DNA of 59,645 nucleotides, taken from a virus. Lineage: Duplodnaviria; Caudoviricetes. Under the pieces are notes generated by a model that saw only the letters and a list, made by a program, of their open reading frames with translations, had not been told where the DNA came from and did no database searches. How positions within the stretch are numbered: the first letter of the stretch is position 1; the number at the start of each line of letters is the position of its first letter. The position numbers and the translations under genes are program-made. The stretch covers positions 1 to 59,645 of IMG/VR virus record IMGVR_UViG_3300032073_003021; one strand, given 5' to 3'. Below, one piece after another: positions 28,832 to 38,311 of the stretch.

Positions 28832-30378
28832 TGAAAAATATATTATGGGCGCTACTATTCGCCTTACTAACTACCACGGCTACTGCTGAAGAAGTAGAAG
28901 AAGTGATTGTTGTCGGAGCATATATTGTTGAAGGCAATGCAGACGTAGAATATGATGACACTTTATTGGAATCTATTATGCCAACTAAAAGTTATGTCGC
29001 AGGAGGCCCTGGAGCCTTTCAAGGCATTATGTTGAATGGTACTGATACTAAGCATACAGCTGTTTATAAAAATGGTGTACCTGTTAATGATCCTAGTTCT
29101 GGGTGGTTCGATTTCGGAACAGAACTAATTACAGGACAGAATACAAAACTTATATCAGGACCTAATAGTGTACAATTTGGAAGTGGCTCAATGGGTGGAG
29201 TAGTTCTTATAGAGGACGACTTAAAACAAAGAGAGTTTATCAGTAAAATTGCTGATGATAAAACATTCTTATTTACATCAATTGATGGTTTTCAGTTAGC
29301 ACATTATAAAGGGACAAATGGTTCTGTTAGAAGTGATAATACAGAAAACGATTGGTATGAAAATACAACTGCTAAATTTGGTGGTGATGTAAATGGTTGG
29401 AGTATCAGAGGAGAATATACTGATTACAATTATGATTACGATAATTGTTGGATGCCTGATTTCTCAGTATCTAATATATGTAATCAAGACGGAGAGAAAA
29501 CATTTTTATCTGTAAGAAATGATATTGTTACTATAGGTTATATGAGTAATGATGCAACACATAATACAGGGTTTGAATTAGACACAGAAAGATATTATCT
29601 TGATGCAACAGTTTACCAAGGTTATGGTATGGAGTTAGGGCTTACAGGACAGAAAGAAACATACAACAAAATAGATAGAGATATTGGTTCCGTATGGTTT
29701 ACTTGGACAGATGACAGAGGAGTTTCTGTTGGATTACGCTACGAAGAAGATGCTGAAATTATCAGAGTAGGATACGAAACTGATGTTGTAAAAGTTTCTG
29801 TAGGTAATAGTTACAGACGTCCTAATCTATATGAAGAAAATGGTGACGACTGGGTATCAGCAAATCCTAATCTACTTCCTGAGGAAGGCATGGGTATTGA
29901 TGTAACTTGGAACAAATTCTCAGCATTCTATAATGAATTTAAAGAAGGTATTGATTTCGATATGTCAGCATATCAATATGTGAACACAGGTTCATACGAT
30001 GCTTATGGTCTTAAATTTATGAATCAATGGGTAACGAACACAGGGTCATTCTTTTTCTCTACTACATATACACAAACAGATAAAATCAGAGTTCCTGATT
30101 GGATGACTAAAATATCATACTGGACAGCAGGAAGAATAGGTAGTATCCCATGGACTGCAGAGGTAGCATACATCTCAGAACTTAATAAAGGGGCTGACTT
30201 TGATGGCAGAGAAATCGACGATGTAGACAACATAGATCTACGTTGGTCCATACAACCTACTGCTAAGTCTACATTAATGTTCGCGATTAATGATGTTTTA
30301 GACAATAATTTTGAAGTTTTACCCGATTATCCAGCAGGAGGACGTGAATTTACGCTAAGCTACCGCGTAACCTATTGA
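28831..30378 (+). CDS. TonB-dependent outer-membrane receptor (compact, BtuB-like)
   Basis: Signal peptide, EEVIVVG TonB box, plug motifs NGVPVND and GPNSVQFGSGSMGGVVLI, NPNLLPEEG, and C-terminal GREFTLSYRVTY. Confidence 0.85.
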   Translation: MKNILWALLFALLTTTATAEEVEEVIVVGAYIVEGNADVEYDDTLLESIMPTKSYVAGGPGAFQGIMLNGTDTKHTAVYKNGVPVNDPSSGWFDFGTELITGQNTKLISGPNSVQFGSGSMGGVVLIEDDLKQREFISKIADDKTFLFTSIDGFQLAHYKGTNGSVRSDNTENDWYENTTAKFGGDVNGWSIRGEYTDYNYDYDNCWMPDFSVSNICNQDGEKTFLSVRNDIVTIGYMSNDATHNTGFELDTERYYLDATVYQGYGMELGLTGQKETYNKIDRDIGSVWFTWTDDRGVSVGLRYEEDAEIIRVGYETDVVKVSVGNSYRRPNLYEENGDDWVSANPNLLPEEGMGIDVTWNKFSAFYNEFKEGIDFDMSAYQYVNTGSYDAYGLKFMNQWVTNTGSFFFSTTYTQTDKIRVPDWMTKISYWTAGRIGSIPWTAEVAYISELNKGADFDGREIDDVDNIDLRWSIQPTAKSTLMFAINDVLDNNFEVLPDYPAGGREFTLSYRVTY

Positions 30379-30419
30379 AATAAATAGAGAAAAGATTTCA
30401 AAAAAACGCACAAAAGTGC

Positions 30420-30467
30420 TTGACTTTAGCTTCTATAGGTGCTATCATATACACATAAACTAAAAAA
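30420..30467 (+). promoter_or_regulatory. Early promoter class A
   Basis: TTGACT-N17-TATCAT followed by ATACACATAAACTAAAAAA; repeated at 32867 and 51379. Confidence 0.85.
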
Positions 30468-30483
30468 GTGAGGATTTTTAGCA

Positions 30484-32838
30484 GTGAATGAGATAAAACA
30501 AAAATCAGTATTAGCGAAGTTATTAGCAACAGAAGATATAGCTGTTGTACATGACTCAAAAATGCCTACTGCGGCATTCGATGTAAAAGAACGTACATTG
30601 TATTTGCCAGTATTTAAGAAAATGTCTGAGGACTTATACGACCTCTTTATTGGACATGAAGTAGGACACGCACATCATACTCCTGAAGAAGGATGGCATG
30701 ATGCCGTATGTGATACACCTGAGCTAAAGGGCTTCTACAACATTATAGAAGACGCACGTATAGAAAGAAAAATTAAAGCCCAGTATCCTGGTTTAGCGTC
30801 CTCATTCTACAAAGGTTACAAAGAATTATTTGATAAAGACTTTTTTGGTATTAGAGGTCGTGACATCAACACATTCCCATTCGCAGACAGAATTAACATT
30901 CACTTTAAAATAGGCCACATGGCTAGCGTTAATTTTTCAGAAACAGAAAAAGTTTTTATAGAACGTATTGCAAAAGCAGAAACATGGGACGATGTTAAGA
31001 CACTTTCACAAGAACTAGCAGGCATCTCAAAAGAAGAAGCAAAAGAACGTGCACAAGAAGGTGAAGAGTTACAGAAACAATTAGACGAACTTAAGGAAAA
31101 GATGGAAGGTATGCGAGGTGAGCAAACTCCTAATCCTGAGGACAAAGAATTGGATCAATGGGAAACACGATACGAAATAGAAAAAGAAGATCGTGAGAAA
31201 AATGAAGATGAAGATGGAAATGTTCCTGAAGATTACGAATTTGATCGTTACAGCGATGAAGTAACTAAAGAAGTTGATGAGCGTGTTAAAGATGCTGAGA
31301 AAAGACGTGAAGAATTTGAATCAACAGAAAAAGACTTACAAGAACTTGAAGCACAACAAAAAGAACTTGAAGAAGACTTAAAATTCCATGAGGAAGAAGG
31401 TCAACATTCACAAACAGATTCTTGTTTCCGTAAAAATGAGGTTAAACTTGTTGATATGGACGCAGCACAGATGTTGTATGTAGACTTAGACGGTCCTACT
31501 GAACCAGAAGATGTTATAGTTCCAATGAACGAGTTATATAATTGGGAAGATTGTGTTACTCGTGAAGTTGGTTATGATACTAGAGAGTCTCAGCCCGAAG
31601 AACTTAAAAGATGGGGACTTAAAATGGCTCGTGATTACGAGGCATCTAACAGACCAGTAATTAATCAAATGGCTCAACAGTTTGAACTTAGAAAAGCAGC
31701 AACAGGTTTCAAGAAAGCACGTATTTCTAAAACAGGTAAGTTGAATGAGGACAAATTGTGGGCATATAAGTTGACTGAAGACTTATTCCAACAAACTCAG
31801 GTTGTTCCTAACGGTAAAAATCACGGTATAATTATGTATGTTGATTTATCAGGCAGTATGTGCAACCACATTAAAGGTACAATAGAACAAGCAATCAATG
31901 TTGGTATGTTCTGTAGAAAAGTTGGTATCCCTTTTGATGTTTATGGTTTTAGCGACTGTGGTAAAAGGTCAGAAAGACTAAAAGGTAAATTCAAATCATT
32001 AGATTTTGAAACAGGCCAGTTCATAGATTATGGCAATGTTAATCTAGTACATATGATTAGCTCTAAGTGTAAGAAAACAGAGTGGGATAATGCAATGGCA
32101 TATCTAATGTGCATGATGAAAGGTTATGAACGTGGTGGATATAGATACGATGATGAATACGAATATGTTTACATTACAAATTCGTTCTTCAGATTAGGAG
32201 GCACACCATTAAATCATGCACTAGCATATGCTCCTAAAATATCTAAGTTATTTAAGAAGCGTTATAACGTTGAAATACTTTCAACAATATTCCTAACAGA
32301 TGGTGGTGCAACTGATAACTTACAATGGTACAAAAGAACTGAAACTGATGATGAAGGCGAGAAATTTGTAAAAGTAGATTACGCTCGTGGCAAACAGCTT
32401 GTAGCAAAAGTAGGAGCTAGCACAGTAGCAGGACCTAAAATGAACGGTATGTATTATGAGAGAGATCCTGAAACTAAGTTCCTTATAGAGTATTACAAAA
32501 AGGTCACAGGTGACAGAATATTTAACTTCCACATAGTAGGTACAAAGCGTAGAGACTTTGAGTCAGAGTACAGCAGACGTTCAAAGAACTACTGTTACCA
32601 GGAGTTTGATAAGTGGTATAAGACGGTACTTAAGAACAAATTTGGAGTGCTTATAGAGGACTCTGGTTGGGATACATCACTTATTATTAAAGGTCAAAAG
32701 GACCTTCAGATAGACGATCAAGAACTTGAAGTAAAGAGCAACAAAAGAGGTGATTTACTCCGAGGATTTAAGAAGTTTAGTGGTACGAAACGTACTAGCA
32801 GAACTTTTGTTAACCAAATCATAGACTTAGTAGCATAA
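30484..32838 (+). CDS. CobT-like protein: HExxH metallopeptidase domain plus VWA domain
   Basis: HEVGH..NIIEDARIE, MIDAS DLSGSM, GGTPL and FLTDG motifs. Confidence 0.85.
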   Translation: MNEIKQKSVLAKLLATEDIAVVHDSKMPTAAFDVKERTLYLPVFKKMSEDLYDLFIGHEVGHAHHTPEEGWHDAVCDTPELKGFYNIIEDARIERKIKAQYPGLASSFYKGYKELFDKDFFGIRGRDINTFPFADRINIHFKIGHMASVNFSETEKVFIERIAKAETWDDVKTLSQELAGISKEEAKERAQEGEELQKQLDELKEKMEGMRGEQTPNPEDKELDQWETRYEIEKEDREKNEDEDGNVPEDYEFDRYSDEVTKEVDERVKDAEKRREEFESTEKDLQELEAQQKELEEDLKFHEEEGQHSQTDSCFRKNEVKLVDMDAAQMLYVDLDGPTEPEDVIVPMNELYNWEDCVTREVGYDTRESQPEELKRWGLKMARDYEASNRPVINQMAQQFELRKAATGFKKARISKTGKLNEDKLWAYKLTEDLFQQTQVVPNGKNHGIIMYVDLSGSMCNHIKGTIEQAINVGMFCRKVGIPFDVYGFSDCGKRSERLKGKFKSLDFETGQFIDYGNVNLVHMISSKCKKTEWDNAMAYLMCMMKGYERGGYRYDDEYEYVYITNSFFRLGGTPLNHALAYAPKISKLFKKRYNVEILSTIFLTDGGATDNLQWYKRTETDDEGEKFVKVDYARGKQLVAKVGASTVAGPKMNGMYYERDPETKFLIEYYKKVTGDRIFNFHIVGTKRRDFESEYSRRSKNYCYQEFDKWYKTVLKNKFGVLIEDSGWDTSLIIKGQKDLQIDDQELEVKSNKRGDLLRGFKKFSGTKRTSRTFVNQIIDLVA

Positions 32839-32866
32839 AAGAATGCAAAAGAATGAGAAAAAAAGG

Positions 32867-32915
32867 TTGACTTTAGGTTCCAAAGGTGCTATCATATACA
32901 CATAAACTAAAAAAA
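32867..32915 (+). promoter_or_regulatory. Early promoter class A
   Basis: TTGACT-N17-TATCAT followed by ATACACATAAACTAAAAAA. Confidence 0.85.
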
Positions 32916-32945
32916 TAACTATTAAATCTTGTGAGGAGATATATT

Positions 32946-34145
32946 ATGAAAACAATTGATAGAGAAAACTTAGTACAAGCACTTCAAGCAGCCGATAATG
33001 GCACAGGTGTTTTTACTAGGAAACAAATAATCGAAACAGCACAATCAATAGGTGTTGGTTTCCCAGCCTGGTTAGTTAATAAGCCAGATTATAAAGTTGA
33101 TAGAGGAATCTATAACTTGACTGCAATGTTCGGAGGAACTGCACAGGCAATTGAACTTCCAAAGGCAGCCCCACAGGCTCCAATTATGGAAATACAATCC
33201 AACGTAGCTCCAGCTCCCGAGGTATTGACTCAGGCAATTCTAAATGTAACCGTAGACAACTTAGTCCCACTCAAAGATGCGACTTATGTTCCATATGGTT
33301 TCTTCAAGGACTTGAAAAAAGTTCTTACAAGTTCTATGTTTTACCCAATTTTCATTAGCGGTTTATCTGGTAATGGTAAAACTACAATGGTAGAACAAGT
33401 ATGTGCGAACCTAAAACGTGAGGCGGTTCGTGTTAATATTAGTATTGAAACTGATGAAGATGATTTAATCGGTGGCAATACTCTAGTTGACGGTAACGTC
33501 GTGTATAGAGAAGGGCCCGTCCTCACAGCGATGAAACGCGGGGCTGTTCTTATACTTGATGAAGTAGACAGAGGTTCGAACAAGTTAATGTGCTTACAAG
33601 CCATACTTGAGGGGAAACCTTACTTCAACAAGAAGACAGGCGAAACCGTAACTCCTGCTCCCGGCTTCAACATTGTTGCTACAGCCAACACAAAAGGTCG
33701 AGGTTCAGATGATGGCAAGTTCATAAGTGCCAATATACTCGACGAGGCATTCCTAGAAAGGTTTGCAATTACCGTGGAGCAGGAGTACCCTACTTTATCA
33801 ACAGAGAAAAAGATTGTTCTAAACAAAATGAACAAGGCTAATTGTGTAGACGAGGAGTTTGCACTTCACTTAGTTACTTGGTCAGATGTAATTCGTAAAA
33901 CATATTACGAAGGTGCAATTGATGAACTGATCTCAACTCGTAGGTTAGAGCACATTGTAAATGCGTTTGCAATGTTTACAGATAAAACTAAGGCAATTGA
34001 ACTTTGTGTCAACAGGTTCGATGAAGATACTAAGGCAGCATTTATAGACTTGTATGCCAAAGTTGATCCTAGTGTACAGATTAACGAAGGTGACGATGAG
34101 ATCCTAGACAACGAAAAGGCGGAGGAAGACTTTGGCGAAGAATAA
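32946..34145 (+). CDS. CobS/MoxR-like AAA+ ATPase
   Basis: GLSGNGKT, LDEVD, TANTKGRG, LDEAFLERF, ISTRRL motifs. Confidence 0.9.
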   Translation: MKTIDRENLVQALQAADNGTGVFTRKQIIETAQSIGVGFPAWLVNKPDYKVDRGIYNLTAMFGGTAQAIELPKAAPQAPIMEIQSNVAPAPEVLTQAILNVTVDNLVPLKDATYVPYGFFKDLKKVLTSSMFYPIFISGLSGNGKTTMVEQVCANLKREAVRVNISIETDEDDLIGGNTLVDGNVVYREGPVLTAMKRGAVLILDEVDRGSNKLMCLQAILEGKPYFNKKTGETVTPAPGFNIVATANTKGRGSDDGKFISANILDEAFLERFAITVEQEYPTLSTEKKIVLNKMNKANCVDEEFALHLVTWSDVIRKTYYEGAIDELISTRRLEHIVNAFAMFTDKTKAIELCVNRFDEDTKAAFIDLYAKVDPSVQINEGDDEILDNEKAEEDFGEE

Positions 34146-34437
34146 AATAGACTATAAGTTTAACGAAGGAGCTCTTATTCAAGAGCTCCAGGCGTATATC
34201 GACGAAACATATGGTGGTCATTATAGCAGAAACAAATTCCAATCAACGGAATTTATCAGTGATTGTGGGCATGGTATTGGATTCGCGATAGGAAATATAT
34301 TAAAGTATGCACAAAGGTATGGCAAAAAAGGTAGCACAGAGGACCATAGAAAGGACCTAATGAAGGTGTTGCATTATGCAATAATAGCGCTCAATGAGCA
34401 TGATAAAAGTACCACAAAGCATTATTTAGACGATTAA
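34132..34437 (+). CDS. DUF3310-like protein (related to T7 gp1.7 nucleotide kinase)
   Basis: TYGGHY, GNILKYAQRYGKK, DLMKVLHY motifs. Confidence 0.75.
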   Translation: MAKNKIDYKFNEGALIQELQAYIDETYGGHYSRNKFQSTEFISDCGHGIGFAIGNILKYAQRYGKKGSTEDHRKDLMKVLHYAIIALNEHDKSTTKHYLDD

Positions 34438-34442
34438 AAGTT

Positions 34443-34450
34443 TATAAATA
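34443..34450 (+). promoter_or_regulatory. Late promoter
   Basis: TATAAATA before the ORF at 34482. Confidence 0.7.
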
Positions 34451-34481
34451 AGAGTATAGAAAGTTAATTTAGGAGAATTTA

Positions 34482-34856
34482 ATGGCATATTCTAAAATCA
34501 ATACATTTGTCCGACCAAGCACTGGTACAGCATGGACATCAGTTAAGGACCACGGCGAAGGTTCTGACTATTGGGATTGGAGAAGACAGTATCAGGCAGA
34601 CAATGGTATTAGTGTTTCTTTTGATTTATCATCAGATGAACTAACATTAACTGTCACAGAAACTTGCGCAGACGAGGCAACTTACGATGCGTTTAAGACA
34701 GCGGACTTATCTGATGGTAGATATAACGCATTAAGAGCTGATTTATCAGCAGCAATGGCATCGGCAGGAATAACTTTGGCGATAACCGAAAACAACGACG
34801 GTACAGTACAAACTTTAATGGAGGCGGCCTCAGTATCACCTGAGCTTACTGGTTAA
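34482..34856 (+). CDS. Hypothetical late (probably virion) protein
   Basis: Own late promoter and AGGAG SD; Ala/Thr/Asp-rich. Confidence 0.65.
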   Translation: MAYSKINTFVRPSTGTAWTSVKDHGEGSDYWDWRRQYQADNGISVSFDLSSDELTLTVTETCADEATYDAFKTADLSDGRYNALRADLSAAMASAGITLAITENNDGTVQTLMEAASVSPELTG

Positions 34857-34873
34857 AACGGTACTCTTACCAC

Positions 34874-34902
34874 TTGATTTTTAGTATGAAAGGTCCTATA
34901 AT
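34874..34902 (+). promoter_or_regulatory. Sigma70-like promoter (class B) before gp45
   Basis: TTGATT-N17-TATAAT with GGTCC before the -10. Confidence 0.7.
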
Positions 34903-34927
34903 AGTAGGATAATATTTGGAGTATATT

Positions 34928-35581
34928 ATGAAATTATCGAAAAACACAATTGAAGTTCTAAAGAACTTTGCAACTATCAACACGAACATTCTAGTTCGTG
35001 AAGGTAGTTTACTTTCAACAATTAGTACAGGTAAAAATATTTTTGCACGTGCAGAGATTGAGGAAAGTTTCCCACAAGAATTTGCAGTCTATGATTTAAA
35101 TAGCCTGCTATCTTTACTAACAGTCATAGAAGATCCTGACGTAGTATTCGAGGAAGAAAGACTCCTCGTGTCTAAAGGTTCATCTAGATTTGAATATTAC
35201 TTTGCAGATCCTAACATCATTGTTAGCGCTCCTGATAAGTCAATTGAAGTAGACAACTTCTTCGAGTTTGAACTTACAAAGGATAACGTTGAAATGATTC
35301 TTAAGGCTGCGGGTATTACAGGCGCACCTATGTTATCTATTAAAGGTGACGGTGAGAACATTAGAGTAGAAGTAGGAGATCCCAATACACCTAAGTCCAA
35401 CGCATATAGAACAGACATCATACAATCAGACGTAACGTTTGATGCGAGACTGGCTATTGAGAACTTTAAGGTTATTGCAGACACTTACAAAGTAATCGTC
35501 TCTAAAAAGAAATTTATGTATCTTGAAAGTAAAGCTGGTCGTAAGTATTGGTTAGCACTTGAAAGATCCTCAGATATATAG
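34928..35581 (+). CDS. gp45: Sliding clamp gp45
   Basis: MKLS..T..VLKNFATINTNI, FAVYDLNSLL, YWLALE motifs. Confidence 0.93.
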   Translation: MKLSKNTIEVLKNFATINTNILVREGSLLSTISTGKNIFARAEIEESFPQEFAVYDLNSLLSLLTVIEDPDVVFEEERLLVSKGSSRFEYYFADPNIIVSAPDKSIEVDNFFEFELTKDNVEMILKAAGITGAPMLSIKGDGENIRVEVGDPNTPKSNAYRTDIIQSDVTFDARLAIENFKVIADTYKVIVSKKKFMYLESKAGRKYWLALERSSDI

Positions 35582-35589
35582 GAGTAACT

Positions 35590-35769
35590 ATGGACGAGAG
35601 TAAATTAGAAGTAACAATCCGAGAAGCGACTAACGGCTGGATTGTTGAAATTAATCTGGATGGTGAGACAGTAGAATATATTTTCACTAGACCCAACCCA
35701 GCAATTAATTTAGTTAGAAAAGTAATGAAGGGAGAATTAGATCCTTTCGCATCAGGGGAGGATGAATAA
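35590..35769 (+). CDS. Hypothetical protein (59 aa, not in the ORF track)
   Basis: AGGAG SD; MDESKLEVTIREATNGWIVE...; TAATG overlap with the next gene. Confidence 0.7.
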   Translation: MDESKLEVTIREATNGWIVEINLDGETVEYIFTRPNPAINLVRKVMKGELDPFASGEDE

Positions 35770-36380
35770 TGGGAGAGCATGTATTTACAGAAACTGCTAC
35801 AATCGCAGAAACAATCCCACCATTCAAACTAATCAAGCAGGTTAAAACAACTTCAGGCGTATCTAAATTTGTAGACATGGACAACGATGTTCTGTTTACA
35901 GGTAAAAGAGTAATTCTATTTGGATTGCCTGGTGCATTTACACCTACTTGTTCTAGTAAACAACTACCAGGATTTGAATCCCAATATCACTTGTTTAGAA
36001 ACTTGGGTATTGATGACATCTATTGTATTAGTGTCAACGATACTTTCGTAATGAACGAGTGGGCACAGGATCAAGGATTGGTAAATGTAAAACTTATCCC
36101 AGATGGTAGCGCCCAACTTACAATTAAACTTGGCATGGATGTTCGTAAGGACAATCTACAGTTTGGTGTTAGAAGTTGGAGATATGCTGCAATCTATGAT
36201 GATGGCAAACTCGTACAGAGTTTTATTGAAGAAGGGTTTGGTGATAACTTCGAGGACGATCCTTATGTTGTTAGCACACCCGGAAATGTGATGGAATGGA
36301 TTAGAAATAATCCTTTTGAAGGGAAAGATATTAAACTTGATATCTCAGATTCGACAGATATTAAGGAAGATATTTCCTAA
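35769..36380 (+). CDS. Peroxiredoxin (Prx5 type)
   Basis: LPGAFTPTCS, SVNDTFVM.EW and RSWRY motifs. Confidence 0.93.
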   Translation: MGEHVFTETATIAETIPPFKLIKQVKTTSGVSKFVDMDNDVLFTGKRVILFGLPGAFTPTCSSKQLPGFESQYHLFRNLGIDDIYCISVNDTFVMNEWAQDQGLVNVKLIPDGSAQLTIKLGMDVRKDNLQFGVRSWRYAAIYDDGKLVQSFIEEGFGDNFEDDPYVVSTPGNVMEWIRNNPFEGKDIKLDISDSTDIKEDIS

Positions 36381-36393
36381 AACCTTTTTCTGT

Positions 36394-36431
36394 GACAAAA
36401 TTTTTTACGATATTTTGGAGCAAAAAAAGTT
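36394..36431 (+). repeat. 38-bp exact repeat, copy 1
   Basis: GACAAAATTTTTTACGATATTTTGGAGCAAAAAAAGTT, identical to 52706-52743. Confidence 0.9.
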
Positions 36432-36460
36432 GGTTAATTATATTATGAATAGGAGTGAGT

Positions 36461-37399
36461 ATGGAACCAGCACAATTCTTATGGGTTGAAAAATATAGAC
36501 CCAAGCGTATAGACGATTGTATCCTTCCTGAGGATGTTAAAAAACAATTTAAACAGTTTATAGCTAAAAAGGAAGCCCCTAACTTATTACTAGCAGGTAC
36601 TGCTGGCACAGGTAAGACAACGCTCGCGCGTGCTCTCTGTGAGGAGTTAGGGTGTGACTATATAGTAATCAATGGTAGTGATGAAGGTCGTCAGATCGAC
36701 ACTCTCAGGACCAAGATCAAGCAGTTTGCATCAGCAGTTTCATTTGAGGGTGCTACAAAGGTAGTTATACTAGACGAGGCGGACTATATGAACCGCGATA
36801 GTGTACAACCTGCACTTAGGGCGTTCATAGAGACGTTCTCAGAGAACTGTAGATTCATCTTTACTTGTAACTATGCTAATAGACTTATAGAGCCCTTACA
36901 TAGTAGAACAACTGTCATAGACTTTAAGATAGCCCCTAAGGACCGTCCTAAGATGGCTAAATTGTTTATGGAACGTATGGCATACATCCTAAATAATGAG
37001 GGTGTGGACTACAATGAGAAGGTCCTAGCAGAGCTATTGATGAAATACTTTCCTGACTATCGTAGGGTTATCAATGAACTCCAGAGATACTCTGTGGCAG
37101 GTTCTATTGATGAGGGTATACTAAGTAACTTCCAGGAAATTAACTCTAAGAACCTAATAGAGAGCCTTAGAGAGAAGGATTGGAAGAAGATGAGGCAATG
37201 GGTTGTCAACAATGTAGACACAGATCCTCAAGGGTTATTTAGACAAATATACGACACATTATTGCCTGAGGTTAAAGGTATTCCACACTTGGTACTCCTC
37301 ATAGCAGACTATCAATACAAAGCGGCATTCGTAGCAGATCAAGAGATCAATATTACTGCATGCTTAACTGAGATTATGGCTAATGTGGAGTTCACATGA
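36461..37399 (+). CDS. gp44: Clamp loader large subunit gp44
   Basis: LWVEKYRP, GTAGTGKT, LDEAD, PLHSR motifs. Confidence 0.96.
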   Translation: MEPAQFLWVEKYRPKRIDDCILPEDVKKQFKQFIAKKEAPNLLLAGTAGTGKTTLARALCEELGCDYIVINGSDEGRQIDTLRTKIKQFASAVSFEGATKVVILDEADYMNRDSVQPALRAFIETFSENCRFIFTCNYANRLIEPLHSRTTVIDFKIAPKDRPKMAKLFMERMAYILNNEGVDYNEKVLAELLMKYFPDYRRVINELQRYSVAGSIDEGILSNFQEINSKNLIESLREKDWKKMRQWVVNNVDTDPQGLFRQIYDTLLPEVKGIPHLVLLIADYQYKAAFVADQEINITACLTEIMANVEFT

Positions 37400-37857
37400 G
37401 CGACGGTATACTAGAAGGGTTCGGAGACCCTATTGAGGATATAAACGAAGAGGACTTTCAACAGAAAATTAAAAAGATCTCTCCGTTTGATTTTGCCAAC
37501 AGCATAAACTTTACAAAAGAAAACCTAATCGTAGATGAGAGGACAGAAAAAGAATATAATCCTTTCATTGTAAACCGTGCAATGGGATTTGGTAAAGACA
37601 CAGTTATAGCTGGTAACGAAATGAATTCTCGTCCACATCTAGATAACAAAATGCAATATGATTTTCTCCGTGAGGTTGTGAGGAAATCTAAACGCTATAA
37701 TAAGTGGCTAAAAACTGAAGAAGAGAACATTGAAGCAGTACAAAAGTTCTTCGGATACTCTTTTATTAAGGCAAAGGAAGCTTTATCTATACTAACTGAA
37801 ACAGATCTTGATCGGATTAAACTGTACCAAACCACTTCAAAAGGTGGAAAGGTATAA
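37396..37857 (+). CDS. gp62: Clamp loader small subunit gp62
   Basis: YNPFIVNR, NEMN, MQYDFL and FGYS..KA motifs. Confidence 0.92.
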   Translation: MSDGILEGFGDPIEDINEEDFQQKIKKISPFDFANSINFTKENLIVDERTEKEYNPFIVNRAMGFGKDTVIAGNEMNSRPHLDNKMQYDFLREVVRKSKRYNKWLKTEEENIEAVQKFFGYSFIKAKEALSILTETDLDRIKLYQTTSKGGKV

Positions 37858-37860
37858 ATA
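37853..37860 (+). promoter_or_regulatory. Late promoter before regA
   Basis: TATAAATA. Confidence 0.55.
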
Positions 37861-37891
37861 GTTCAGTAATTATTAACAGGCTATAATTGAA

Positions 37892-38311
37892 ATGAATGAT
37901 CAAGAGAATTTCTTTAATATTGACTTTCCAGGTTATGCACCCATCGAAGTCTCATTAAAAGACCCCGAAGACTTTTTAAAAGTTAGGGAAACTTTGTCTC
38001 GAATAGGAGTAGCGTCTAAAAAAGAAAAAGTTCTTTATCAATCATGCCACATCTTACACAAGAAAGGACGTTACTTTATCGTACACTTCAAAGAACTATT
38101 TGCTTTGGATGGTAAAGAGGCAGATTTCTTAGAGAATGATTTGCAACGTAGAAACACGGTAGCAAAACTCTTGTCGGATTGGGGACTGATTGATGTTAAG
38201 GAAGAACTAGGAGAACAGGCGCCACTCAGTCAGATAAAAATAATATCTTTTAAAGAGAAAGGTGAATGGAATCTAATTCCTAAATATAACATTGGAAAGA
38301 AGACAAAATAA
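37892..38311 (+). CDS. regA: Translational repressor RegA
   Basis: DFLKVRETLSRIGVAS, LYQSCHILHKKGRYFIVHFKELFALDG, W.L.PKYNIG motifs. Confidence 0.97.
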   Translation: MNDQENFFNIDFPGYAPIEVSLKDPEDFLKVRETLSRIGVASKKEKVLYQSCHILHKKGRYFIVHFKELFALDGKEADFLENDLQRRNTVAKLLSDWGLIDVKEELGEQAPLSQIKIISFKEKGEWNLIPKYNIGKKTK

